Below the pieces are notes generated by a model. It did not search any database and was not told where the DNA came from. It saw only the letters and a program-made list of their open reading frames with translations. Below are positions 37,505 to 47,142 of a DNA stretch of 58,359 nucleotides, one piece after another. Positions within the stretch are counted from its first letter, which is position 1. Each line of letters opens with the position of its first letter. Both the position numbers and the translations under genes were made by a program. The stretch is from a bacterium (lineage in GTDB: Bacteria > Verrucomicrobiota > Kiritimatiellia > RFP12 > UBA1067): the NCBI GenBank assembly GCA_030537465.1, contig JAUNMP010000004.1, positions 1 through 58,359 on the forward strand, in the 5' to 3' direction.

Positions 37505-38260
37505 ATGACGCTAAAGGAAAAGAGAACGTTCCAGTCAAACTTCCTGCAGAGAGCAGGACAAAACGCGGAGATCATCCGCCAGATGGCGGATGCGGTGCCG
37601 GGCGTGCTCTTCAACATCGTGGACGCCGACGAGCGCATTGTCGCGTTCAATCGTGCGAACTGCGAGGTCTGCAATTTCAAGGACGAGATGGAGGTTGTCG
37701 GCGAGAAGGTCGCGGACCTCTTTCCCGCCGTCCTCGCCGAAGCCTATCTGTCGCTCTACCGCGAAGCGCGCGAATTGGGAACACCCATCCTCAACCGTGT
37801 CACCGCGCATGGAGCGGACCGCTCAACCGATTTCCGCGTTGCGAACGTGTTTCCCCTTCGAGATGCCGCCGGCGCGGTGATCGGCACGGCGGTGTTCTAC
37901 CGCGTCGTCGACCAGCAGCACGCCAAGCCGGACTGGTATGGCGCCATCCAGAAGGCCGTCTCCCACATCGACGCGCACTTCCGCGAACGGCTCTCGCTTG
38001 CGGATCTCGCCCGCATCTCGGGCATGAGCACCACCACGTTCCGCCGCGTCTTCGCCCAGGTCATGGAGATGACGCCCGGCGACTACATCGCCACCATCCG
38101 CATCAACCGCGCACGGAAACTGCTCACGACGACGGACATGAAGATCTTCGACATCGCCTTCGAATGCGGCTTCTATGACCAGAGCCACTTCATCCGCACG
38201 TTCAAGCGTCTTCGGAAGCAGACCCCGGCCCAATACCGCCGCGCCCACTTCAGAAAATGA
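37484..38260 (+). CDS. AraC family regulator with N-terminal PAS domain
   Basis: PAS-like DADERIVAFN...VVGEKVADLFP; C-terminal double HTH with IAFECGFYDQSHF; start may be ATG 37505. Confidence 0.92.
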   Translation: MADDKKTMTLKEKRTFQSNFLQRAGQNAEIIRQMADAVPGVLFNIVDADERIVAFNRANCEVCNFKDEMEVVGEKVADLFPAVLAEAYLSLYREARELGTPILNRVTAHGADRSTDFRVANVFPLRDAAGAVIGTAVFYRVVDQQHAKPDWYGAIQKAVSHIDAHFRERLSLADLARISGMSTTTFRRVFAQVMEMTPGDYIATIRINRARKLLTTTDMKIFDIAFECGFYDQSHFIRTFKRLRKQTPAQYRRAHFRK

Positions 38261-38261
38261 A

Positions 38262-38283
38262 ATGCGGGGCTTGCGCCCCGCAT
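38262..38283. terminator. hairpin between convergent genes
   Basis: atgcggggc-ttgc-gccccgcat. Confidence 0.6.
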
Positions 38284-38293
38284 CCGTCCAACG

Positions 38294-38314
38294 CTCAAAC
38301 CTCAAGACTCAACG
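38294..38314. repeat. heptamer repeat (CTCAANN x3)
   Basis: ctcaaac ctcaaga ctcaacg. Confidence 0.5.
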
Positions 38315-40162
38315 CGAGGAATAGGTCGTCGTGAACGTTGCCTCCGTCACGGGATCCGCGAAGGTGAACGCAAGGCGCTGCACGTCGGGGCGGGATGGAT
38401 TCTCGATCTTCTGCTCCGCAAATTTCACCGGTGCCGAAGACTTCACCTCCATTTTCATCTTCCGATAGGTCTTGGCGCTCTTGTCGAAGGTGAAGACCGT
38501 CGCATCGGCGTTTTTCTTCCATGTGCGGTAGGTGATGACGGGAACTTCGAAGGTCGTCGGTTCGGAGCAGGCAATCTTGTCCGTGACGGTGATCTCGTCC
38601 TTCTCGCGGTCGAAGGTCAGCGTCCGGCGCAGCGACTTGAGCGCGGGAACCGGATACGCCGCCGCATACTCGATCTCGAGCGTGTCCTTCGCGTCGGAGA
38701 ACTCGGAGCGAATCACCTGCGCAGCAGCCTTGCGTCCAACGCTTTGGAGCTTCCCACCCACGACAGGCACGGGATGCCCGTAGGAGTTCAGAACCTTCGA
38801 CACGTAGCGGTCCTTCGAGAACGTGCGGCGCGTGTAGACCTCGCCACCCGGATCGCCGCCCATCTCGGTGCCGTCGAGCATGATGTAGTAGGTGCCCACG
38901 TCGTTGTGGTTGTGGAGCTCGGCGTTGTGTCCGCCCTTGAAGGCGACGCCGAACGTCATCGTGCGCTCGGGGTGGTGGACGCGGGAGATCATCACCTGGG
39001 CGTCGGGGAACCAGGACCGCGCGGGAAGGACATCGAGCGTCGGCTCGACCGGCGCGGGCTCCTGACCGAACGCGCGCAGAGAGAAGGTTGCGGGATCGCC
39101 GCGGAACGGTGCGGCCTTCAACGCCTCCGTGTTCACGAGGTCCGGCCAGATCTGCCGGCCGAGTGCCAGATACGTGGGCACCGCGTTGCCACCGCCATCC
39201 GCAAAGTGCGGAGACCGTCCCGCCTGCACCTGGAAACCGTAGGCATACTTCATCACGTCCTTGCACTTCGGATCGGCGAAGAAGTCCACCTTACCGCCTG
39301 TCGCGGCACGCACGGAGAGCCCCATTTCGAGATGGTTGCCGTAGCCGTAGTTCCAGTAGCCCATGCCCTCGGAGCAGTAACCGTCGTTGTTGTAGCCCTT
39401 CAGCGCGTACGGCACGGTCTCCTCGGCGAACGCGACGAACTCGGCGCGCAGACGACGGTCCTCAATCACGGCGAGCGCCGTGCGGACCACGCAGGAATTG
39501 CAGACGCTGTTCCAGTTGTTGCCACCGTGGAACCACCAGTGCCCGCGGATCTTCCGAATGCCCCGCGCATGATCAAGATGCGGCTTGAACGTGCGGCGCT
39601 CGAGTTCGGACCTGATCTTCGCGCGTGCTGCGGCTGGCAGACGGTCCTCCAGCCAATCGTAGCAGAATGCAAGCATCAGCGAAATATGTCCAGCCATGAG
39701 ATCGATGTGTGGCTGCCCATTGAAGCAAGTGAGGGCGTCGTCATGGGCAGGCAGGGTCCAACTCTTCATCGCGCAGAAGGCGTCCACATACTCGACGATC
39801 TTCGGGATGAAACGTCCCTTGTTCTCAAGGCACTCGGCCACATAAAGATGCCGAAAGGCCCCCATGCGCTGTCCAAGGCTTTTCTGATAATGGGTGCGGT
39901 TGCCGTTCTGCGTAAACTCCAGATATTCGGCGTCCGGCGCGTCCGGGATGGGGGCGCCGAGCAGAGCCTCGGCGGCCTTGATCTCGCCCTTCCCATTCGC
40001 AGACGCCGCCAACCTATCCCAGCTTGCACGGTCTGTGATCCGCGCGCCATCTGCCTTTGGCTTTTCCGGAAGCCAGCCTGCGATCTCGTTCACACGCTCG
40101 GCCGTGATGGCGAATGATCCCAATGTGGCCGCCAGCGTCGCCAAAATCAAAAGATTCTTCAT
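38309..40162 (-). CDS. heparinase II/III-like polysaccharide lyase
   Basis: signal peptide; WTLPAH, NNWN, DGYCSEGMGYWNY, KGGHNAELHNHNDVG and SYGHPVP motifs. Confidence 0.87.
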   Translation of the reverse strand: MKNLLILATLAATLGSFAITAERVNEIAGWLPEKPKADGARITDRASWDRLAASANGKGEIKAAEALLGAPIPDAPDAEYLEFTQNGNRTHYQKSLGQRMGAFRHLYVAECLENKGRFIPKIVEYVDAFCAMKSWTLPAHDDALTCFNGQPHIDLMAGHISLMLAFCYDWLEDRLPAAARAKIRSELERRTFKPHLDHARGIRKIRGHWWFHGGNNWNSVCNSCVVRTALAVIEDRRLRAEFVAFAEETVPYALKGYNNDGYCSEGMGYWNYGYGNHLEMGLSVRAATGGKVDFFADPKCKDVMKYAYGFQVQAGRSPHFADGGGNAVPTYLALGRQIWPDLVNTEALKAAPFRGDPATFSLRAFGQEPAPVEPTLDVLPARSWFPDAQVMISRVHHPERTMTFGVAFKGGHNAELHNHNDVGTYYIMLDGTEMGGDPGGEVYTRRTFSKDRYVSKVLNSYGHPVPVVGGKLQSVGRKAAAQVIRSEFSDAKDTLEIEYAAAYPVPALKSLRRTLTFDREKDEITVTDKIACSEPTTFEVPVITYRTWKKNADATVFTFDKSAKTYRKMKMEVKSSAPVKFAEQKIENPSRPDVQRLAFTFADPVTEATFTTTYSSR

Positions 40163-40202
40163 CTCGCACCAACCTTTCAACACTGAATCTTCAAAATCCA
40201 AC

Positions 40203-41462
40203 TTACTTGATCAACCGCTCAAAGCGACCCAACGCCTCGAGAAAGTAATAATCGGCGTAGTTGAGCGGCACGTCGACCTCACCGGACTTTGGATTGCCAT
40301 ACCAGCCTGGCTTGTTGCCTACGCAGTGCATCAGGAGGAAGTTACCATTCTCACCCGTCTTCGCGAGGTACGCGTCGGAGGCGAGGGACGAAAGGATCTT
40401 CACGCCGAAGGCACGATAGGCCGCGGCCTTGTCGGTGGGGGCGAACTGGCAGAGCTCGAGCAGAGCGCTCGCGGTGACCGCGGCCGCGGAGGCGTCACGT
40501 TCCTCGTTCGGGATCCGGGGCGCCTTGAAGTCCCAGTAGGCGACACCATCTGCCGGAAGATTCGGTTCGTTCATCCAGTAGTCGGCGCACTTCATTGCGC
40601 GTACGAGATACTTTAGGTTCTTCGTCTCGCGGTACATCATCGTGAATCCGTAGACGGCCCAGCTGTGTCCACGGCTCCAGGTTCCTTCCGTGCAGGCACC
40701 CTGCCCGGCGAAGATTCCGTGCACCTTCTTCGTCACGCGGTTGTAGTCGAGCACATGGTAGGCGCTGCCGTCGGGACGAAAATGATGCAGATCCGTGAGA
40801 TCCGCCTGGCTGCGGCTGATGAGATCGCTCTTCGGATCGCCACCGTTCTTGGCGTCCCACTCGAGGAGCTCGAGGTTCATCATGTTGTCGATGATCACGA
40901 TGTACTGCGGCACGAAGAAGCCATTCCCCTTCAGGTTCTTGGGATTGTTCCAGCTGCAGATGAGCCCCATCTCGTCGTCGTAGCGCGTGCGGAGCGCGGC
41001 GGCCGTGTCGTGCAGGAACGCGGCGTACTTCGGGTCCTTTGTGAGGCGCAGCGCATTGCCGGCGGAGCAGTAGGTGCGGAAACCGACGTCGTGGTTGCTC
41101 GCATCGTGGCGGAGCGGCTCGAGGAGACGGTCCGTGTACTGCGTGGCGGCGTCCTTCCAGAATGCCTCGCCGGTCTTCTCGTAGAGATACCACAGCGAGC
41201 CCGGGAAGAATCCGCTGCACCAGTCCCGCGGCGGGATGACGACAAGCTTGCCGTCCTGCCAGCGCTTGGGCTGCATCTCGGGCTTCTGCGCCTCCATCTG
41301 CTTGAGAAGTCCGCGATACTGCTCGAAGCAGCGCGCATAGACAGACGGAAGCTTCGCTGCCAGGTCTGTTTCGGCGGACGTCGCGGGCGCAGCGAACAGG
41401 GGAAAGGCAAAACCTGTCAGCAGAGTGGTGACCGTCGTGCGGAAAGAGGGGAATGTCGTCAT
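40203..41462 (-). CDS. GH88 unsaturated glucuronyl hydrolase
   Basis: WCSGFFPGSLW, HDVGF, IIDNMMNL, WSRG, YWDF, DASAAA and NYADYYFLEAL motifs. Confidence 0.93.
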   Translation of the reverse strand: MTTFPSFRTTVTTLLTGFAFPLFAAPATSAETDLAAKLPSVYARCFEQYRGLLKQMEAQKPEMQPKRWQDGKLVVIPPRDWCSGFFPGSLWYLYEKTGEAFWKDAATQYTDRLLEPLRHDASNHDVGFRTYCSAGNALRLTKDPKYAAFLHDTAAALRTRYDDEMGLICSWNNPKNLKGNGFFVPQYIVIIDNMMNLELLEWDAKNGGDPKSDLISRSQADLTDLHHFRPDGSAYHVLDYNRVTKKVHGIFAGQGACTEGTWSRGHSWAVYGFTMMYRETKNLKYLVRAMKCADYWMNEPNLPADGVAYWDFKAPRIPNEERDASAAAVTASALLELCQFAPTDKAAAYRAFGVKILSSLASDAYLAKTGENGNFLLMHCVGNKPGWYGNPKSGEVDVPLNYADYYFLEALGRFERLIK

Positions 41463-41505
41463 CGATGGTATCCTTTCTGAATCACCGTAGTAAAGATGGG
41501 GGTCG

Positions 41506-42477
41506 TTATTCGCTGGATGTCGTTTGGGGAGACCGTCTGCTCCAGAAGCTCGCGAGAATCGACCCCGAAAAATTCATCCAGATGGAAAACACGTTCGCGG
41601 GAAGTGCCGCCGTTGCCGAATGGAGCACGTCGTTCGCCAGGGCCCCCGCCATGCCGCCGTTCTGCATACCAACCTCGATTGCCACCGTCCGGGCATCGCG
41701 CTCGTCGAACTTGAAGAAGCGCCCCAGCAGCCGCGTGATCCAATAGCCCGAAAGATAGCCGATGGAGTTGTGCATCACAGCCACGGCGAAGATCACCAAC
41801 CCCGCCTCACGGAACTTCGTCTGGCTCTGTGCGGTGAGAACGAGCAGTGTAAAGCAGATTCCTGCGGACGAGATGAAGCTCAGGACGCCGTCGCAGACGG
41901 CCTTGTGACGTTCGAACGACTTGTGGAACAGCCAATGTACAAGCGTCCCCGCCAGAACCGGAATCAACACAATCTGGAGGATGCCGATCATCATCGCCGT
42001 CGCATCCACCTCGACCATCTTGCCCGCGAGCAGCTTCATCATCACCGGCGTGAGAAACGGAGAGAGCAGCGTGGAGATGCAGGTCATCGTCACCGAAAGC
42101 GCGACATTCGCCTTCGCGAGATACGAAACCACGTTGGAGGCCGTCCCGCCTGCCACGGACCCCACCAGCACAATACCAGCGCCGATCTCGCCATCAAAGC
42201 CAAACGCCGTGGCCAACCCCCATCCAACGAAGGGCATCACCAGGAACTGCAGAACCACGCCCGTCAGCACGGCGACCGGCATCTTCGCCACGCGAAGGAA
42301 ATCGTCCAGCGCCAGCGTCGTACCCATGCCAAACATGATCAGTCCGATTGCGGGCGAGATGAGCTTCAGCAGCTTCACGCCACACCAGGTGTCGAACGCC
42401 TGCGGCCAGAGACAGGCCGCCACCACGCTCGTGACGATCGCAAAGCTGAATTTCTGCCTTTTCAGGAAGTTCTTCAT
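41506..42477 (-). CDS. bile acid:sodium symporter (BASS) family transporter
   Basis: IMFGMG, QFLVMP, GGTASNV, ALSVTMT and IEVGMQN motifs. Confidence 0.92.
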   Translation of the reverse strand: MKNFLKRQKFSFAIVTSVVAACLWPQAFDTWCGVKLLKLISPAIGLIMFGMGTTLALDDFLRVAKMPVAVLTGVVLQFLVMPFVGWGLATAFGFDGEIGAGIVLVGSVAGGTASNVVSYLAKANVALSVTMTCISTLLSPFLTPVMMKLLAGKMVEVDATAMMIGILQIVLIPVLAGTLVHWLFHKSFERHKAVCDGVLSFISSAGICFTLLVLTAQSQTKFREAGLVIFAVAVMHNSIGYLSGYWITRLLGRFFKFDERDARTVAIEVGMQNGGMAGALANDVLHSATAALPANVFSIWMNFSGSILASFWSRRSPQTTSSE

Positions 42478-43781
42478 GACTGCCAGGCAATAAAATTCCA
42501 CAGAAGCGAATAACGGGTCCGACCATCTGGGCGCTCGTCCTTCTCCCACAGAGACCAGAATGGCGCCCAGTTCCGCTCGATTCCCTCCGAGTGTCGAATC
42601 GGAATCAGCTCCAACGTGCGGCTCCGCGCACGGCCACCTTCCGTCTCGCTGCTCCAGAACGGCCAGACCCGTAGGTAAGAGGACTGCAATTCACCCCTCT
42701 CATCACCCCCCGGGACCTGCGACTTTGAACGTTGAACTTTGAACTTTGAACCAGGGGCCCTCCAGCGGCGTTCCCAGGTGAAGAACGGGAAGAAGTTGAA
42801 TCGTTTCTCAAACGTGCGAGCCGTCGTGAGTTCGGTGTTCTCCATCAGCTTCCAGCCGATTCGCCAGGTTCGTTCCTCGGGGCGTTCCTTCGGGCGATCT
42901 GCAAACGAATAGCCACGGATCTGCTCCCAGATCGGCCAAATCGAGATGCGATCACGCGTGGGCGTCGACTCAAAATCGATGAACGGCCACGGTAGACGCC
43001 AACGTCTGGCCGCATCCGTCTCCGTGTAGGAGAAGAATGGCGGGATGACCATTGTCTGCGATTCACGCGCGCGACGCACTTCGCCGTAAAACGGCAGGAA
43101 CCACCACGAATGGCCAGCACCAGACGTATCGCGATCCTCGTCGTAGGATGCCCACGTCACCAGAGGCCAAAGCGCATAGTGGTGTTCACTTTCCCGCTGC
43201 CGGGCGTAACCATAGAACGGCCAGACGCCCACTCCGGGGCGAGGATCGTCCCGCCAGGTCACAAACGGCCAGAAAACCGCATGGCTCCGCACGCCCTTCA
43301 CCTCGTAGGTGTGCCAGATTGGCCAGAGGACGCAGGAGAAGTCGTCCATCAGGAGAAAATGCGGATGATTGCCATAGAACGGGAAGAAGGCCCAGTAGTC
43401 CTCGCCCTTTCGCGTGGTGCCACTGAACCAGAACGGGAAGATGTCGAAGGTCCAGGAGGGATCCGTCGCGCGGGCGTCCCCATAGAAAAGCAGAAACGCA
43501 CTCCACCACGAGGCGTCCGCATGACTGCGATAGGAGACGAGCGGCCAGACAATGTCGTTGGCGGCGGTCCGCGCCGCAGTCGACTCAACCTGAGAATAAA
43601 ATGGGCGTACGGCCCAGAACGTTGCGTCCCCTGGCTCCGTACGACGGTATTCGAAGAAGGGGCCGACGTGCCAGTTCGAGACAAGGCTCTCACCGCCGCG
43701 TCGGACGGTCTCCGCCTCGTCACCCCACGCGCCGAGCGCCAGCGTCGCCAGCGCAAGGAGACCTGCCGCCCGCACGTGCAT
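42474..43781 (-). CDS. hypothetical exported protein with aromatic-rich (F/W)PF(Y/W) repeats
   Basis: signal peptide; many WPF/FPF/LWP units. Confidence 0.75.
   Translation of the reverse strand: MHVRAAGLLALATLALGAWGDEAETVRRGGESLVSNWHVGPFFEYRRTEPGDATFWAVRPFYSQVESTAARTAANDIVWPLVSYRSHADASWWSAFLLFYGDARATDPSWTFDIFPFWFSGTTRKGEDYWAFFPFYGNHPHFLLMDDFSCVLWPIWHTYEVKGVRSHAVFWPFVTWRDDPRPGVGVWPFYGYARQRESEHHYALWPLVTWASYDEDRDTSGAGHSWWFLPFYGEVRRARESQTMVIPPFFSYTETDAARRWRLPWPFIDFESTPTRDRISIWPIWEQIRGYSFADRPKERPEERTWRIGWKLMENTELTTARTFEKRFNFFPFFTWERRWRAPGSKFKVQRSKSQVPGGDERGELQSSYLRVWPFWSSETEGGRARSRTLELIPIRHSEGIERNWAPFWSLWEKDERPDGRTRYSLLWNFIAWQS
42715..42752. repeat. degenerate heptamer repeat (ACTTTGA-like) inside CDS
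   Basis: acctgcg actttga acgttga actttga actttga; encodes GSKFKVQRSKSQV. Confidence 0.85.
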
Positions 43782-43784
43782 GGG

Positions 43785-46700
43785 TTACTTTCCCTTCGTC
43801 GTCGCCTTCTGCAGCTTCTCGACTTCGCCGAGGTCGTATTTGGAGAGCTCGCTCTGGTGACTGCGGATCGTGCGCAGCGTGCCGCGGGCGCGGCCGAGGT
43901 CCCCCTTGGCGATCTGCACGCGGGCAAGCGTGATCTGCATGCGGATGTCCTCGATCTTGTTCTTCTCCTTGGAGAGCTGAATGGCCTTCTTCACGTATTC
44001 CTCGGCGGAATCGAGTTCCTTGCCCTGGTCGAGCAGCGCGGAACCGAGCGTCTCCCAGGCGACATAGAGTTCCGGCGCGGTCTTGACGGCGTCGCGCGCG
44101 AACTTCTCGGCCTCGTCGGAACGCTGGAGACGACGAAGCACCTCCGCGAGGTCATTCTGGGCGGCGGCCAACGGACGTTCCTGGTTGACTGAGAGTCGCA
44201 GGAAGGTCTCGGCCGTCATGTAGTCGCCCTCCTTCAGGCGGAGCGAGCCCATCACGTAGTTCGCGAGCTTGTTGCTGCGGTCCTGGCGCAAAACCTGGCG
44301 AGCATGCTTCTCGGCGCTCTCGCCGTCGTCCATCGAGATGTCGAGGTTGAGGATCATGTCCCCCACGACCGTGACGTCCGGACGCGTGGCGCTGGCCGCG
44401 ACAAGGGCATCACGCGCCTGCTTCTGGAAAGGCTTACCCTTGCGCATGAGCACAAGCGCGCGCGTCATCTGCACAAAGTAGTCGCGCGGCGAATCGGCGA
44501 TGGACTCCATCTTCGGCAGGATGACGCCGTCGAGTTCCTCCAGGATCTTCTTGCGCTGCGCTTCGTCCTTGGCCGAGTCGAACTGCTGGAGCAGAACGCC
44601 CGCGAGAAGCGACCAGGCCTGCAGCGATTTGGGTTGGAGGTCCGTCACCTTCTGGAGTGAGAGTCGTGCCGCGCTGAGATCGTTGTTCATCAAGTGAAGT
44701 AGCGCCCAGTCGAAACCGGAGCTCTCCTGGCTCTTCGCAGCCTTCACCGCCTTGGTAAGATGCTCTTTGGCCTCATCCAGCGCGCCCTTCTGCAGTGCAA
44801 GACGTGTCAGGCCCATCAGCGCGTCATGATTGGAGGCGTCGGACTCGAGCACCTTGTTGTAGACCTCGCGCGACTTCTGCGACTGGTTTCCGCTCGCATA
44901 GATGGCGGCCATCATGTTCAGGAGACCGGCCTGACGATCGGCGGGAACGAAGTCGATCGCACGCTGAACCTGTGCGATGGCATTTCCCGTCTGGCCGGAA
45001 CGCGCCCACGCGTAGCCCATGCGGGCGAAGATCTCCGGCGAGCGGATGTAGCCGTAGTAGCAAGAAAGCGACCAGAGCAGGTAGCGGCGCTTCGAGTCGT
45101 CGACTATGGCCTTCAGCTGGCGCTCGATCTCGGTCTTGTGCGCAACCGCCGCGGGAATCCCAGCACGTGCCATCTCGAATTCGTTGAAAAGCGCGCAGAT
45201 GTTGTCGCAGTCAATGGTCTTGAGGACGAGTTCGTAGAGCTCCCACGCCTCCTTGTCCTTACCGAGGTCCTGCATCACCACGCCGAGGTTGTTCGCGATG
45301 AAGCCAACATGGCGGCGCAGCTGCAGACGCAGCGCGTCGACGGGATCCTTCGCGTTGGCGATCTCGCGCGAGCCCTTCCGCTTCTCGGCGTGAAGTACAG
45401 GCTCCATCTTCGCCCAGAACGCCTTGAAGTCAGCCATGGCCTTGTCGCCATCCACGTCCTTCTTCACGTTCTGCGCGCCACCGAAGAACAGGCACTCAGG
45501 CACGGGCTGGCGCTCGGCCATGTACCAGAAGTCCGGCACGCCGAAGATCGCGGCCTCCTGGGTGATCTTCTGGTCGCCCATAAACCAGTCCTGCAGGAAC
45601 GGCAGCACGCCCAGCTCGATGGAGAGCGCGAGGTTTGCATGTCCCGCGGAAAGCTTCTTCTCCTTCACGAGCGCGGAGAGCTCCTTCAGGTAAGCATCAT
45701 CCATGTCGCGCTGGAGGCAGACGAGGTTCAGCTCCTTGCCACGCGTTGCCGCGACAATGCGGAGATGGTCATCGAGCATGCCGTCCGTCACCATCCAGGT
45801 ACGGGCACCCATGCGGTCGATGACCTCATTGGCACAGGTATCCGCATAGGCGCCACGGTCGCGCGAGCAGCTGAACGCGTTCACCAACGCCGCCAGGGCG
45901 ATGATGCCGAGGAAAACGCCCAGCACGGCCGGCGCCATCCGGCGGCCGATCACGAATACAGGCTGAAGCTTGTCGTACTCAACGGCCGGCAATGGCGTCC
46001 GGGCCAGCACATACCAATACGCCGCGAGATAGCCACTCGTCACCGCGACCAGCACGGACGTCGCCACGGGGGAGACTCCAAGGGAACGCATCAGGCTCTC
46101 GGGCGCGAGCGGCGTCGCGAACGCCAGAATCGCGCAGACCGTCATCGCGATGTGGAAGAGGTACTGACTCCAGACGCGCTCGTTGTTGAGTCCGCGCGGA
46201 GCCGCGAACATGCACGCAACAAACGGCACGACAGAGAGGATGACGACGAAGAGCCACCCTGGGCGGCCAACCCACTGGCGCATCTCGTGCGCATACTCCT
46301 GAATCACCTTCACGAGGACCGAGCCGATATCCGTGAACTTTCCAGCCGCCGCTTCGGGCAGCTGCAGATACGAGTTCGCCACGCTGCAGGCGAAAATCAT
46401 ATAGAAGACAGCCCCAAGGAACAGGAAGAGTCCCACCGGCAGATAGAACCGCCAACCGGTCTTCACCGAGGCGACGACGACGCACAGCAGGAACACAGGC
46501 ACCAGCGGGATGAAAATCACGCTCTCGACGAGTCCCGCGGCCACGCCAATGCCCAGCAACGCCGCAAAAAGCGGCAGCAGACGAGACCAGCGCAGCATCG
46601 GCACGAACAGGAAGAAGAGCAACAACGCGCAGCAAACATCGAACATGCGGAATTCAAGATGCGTCGACGACTGCCAGACCGCCGTCGAGAAGACGAAGGC

Positions 46701-47102
46701 GACTCCGGCCGTCAGGCCCGCGATGAGCGAGGCCCCGCCCATAAACTTGACGGTGTCCTCCTGGGAGACCGTATTCCGGACGAAAAACCCGACAAGGCCG
46801 CAGACAAGCCCCGCGGAGAGCACACCACACGCGAGCGACACGAGGTTGATCCGCATGGCCACGGAGGCGGGGAATGTCATCCCCCCCACCGCCTTGACCA
46901 CGGCACCCCAGATCGGACTCTGCGGCGAGGTCAGCGCGTCCATACCCATCCATTGCGTGAACAGATGCGCAGATTCACCCGGGAAGACGTAATTTGCCAA
47001 CGTCAGTGAATAGACCACCAACGCCAAAAACGCAACACCAAGTGAACACAACCAGAGGGGAAGACACGAGGTCTTCTCAATGACTTTGCGACTGTCTGCC
47101 AT
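43785..47102 (-). CDS. DUF2723/TMEM260-like GT-C membrane protein with C-terminal TPR repeats
   Basis: VYSLTL..VFPGESA, RINLVS, FSTAVWQSS..E; about 10 TM segments, then TPR helices (NNLG, AWETLG). Confidence 0.7.
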   Translation of the reverse strand: MADSRKVIEKTSCLPLWLCSLGVAFLALVVYSLTLANYVFPGESAHLFTQWMGMDALTSPQSPIWGAVVKAVGGMTFPASVAMRINLVSLACGVLSAGLVCGLVGFFVRNTVSQEDTVKFMGGASLIAGLTAGVAFVFSTAVWQSSTHLEFRMFDVCCALLLFFLFVPMLRWSRLLPLFAALLGIGVAAGLVESVIFIPLVPVFLLCVVVASVKTGWRFYLPVGLFLFLGAVFYMIFACSVANSYLQLPEAAAGKFTDIGSVLVKVIQEYAHEMRQWVGRPGWLFVVILSVVPFVACMFAAPRGLNNERVWSQYLFHIAMTVCAILAFATPLAPESLMRSLGVSPVATSVLVAVTSGYLAAYWYVLARTPLPAVEYDKLQPVFVIGRRMAPAVLGVFLGIIALAALVNAFSCSRDRGAYADTCANEVIDRMGARTWMVTDGMLDDHLRIVAATRGKELNLVCLQRDMDDAYLKELSALVKEKKLSAGHANLALSIELGVLPFLQDWFMGDQKITQEAAIFGVPDFWYMAERQPVPECLFFGGAQNVKKDVDGDKAMADFKAFWAKMEPVLHAEKRKGSREIANAKDPVDALRLQLRRHVGFIANNLGVVMQDLGKDKEAWELYELVLKTIDCDNICALFNEFEMARAGIPAAVAHKTEIERQLKAIVDDSKRRYLLWSLSCYYGYIRSPEIFARMGYAWARSGQTGNAIAQVQRAIDFVPADRQAGLLNMMAAIYASGNQSQKSREVYNKVLESDASNHDALMGLTRLALQKGALDEAKEHLTKAVKAAKSQESSGFDWALLHLMNNDLSAARLSLQKVTDLQPKSLQAWSLLAGVLLQQFDSAKDEAQRKKILEELDGVILPKMESIADSPRDYFVQMTRALVLMRKGKPFQKQARDALVAASATRPDVTVVGDMILNLDISMDDGESAEKHARQVLRQDRSNKLANYVMGSLRLKEGDYMTAETFLRLSVNQERPLAAAQNDLAEVLRRLQRSDEAEKFARDAVKTAPELYVAWETLGSALLDQGKELDSAEEYVKKAIQLSKEKNKIEDIRMQITLARVQIAKGDLGRARGTLRTIRSHQSELSKYDLGEVEKLQKATTKGK

Positions 47103-47142
47103 ATCTGAAATCCTTTCTCTCCCAAAACCACGTTATTATACA

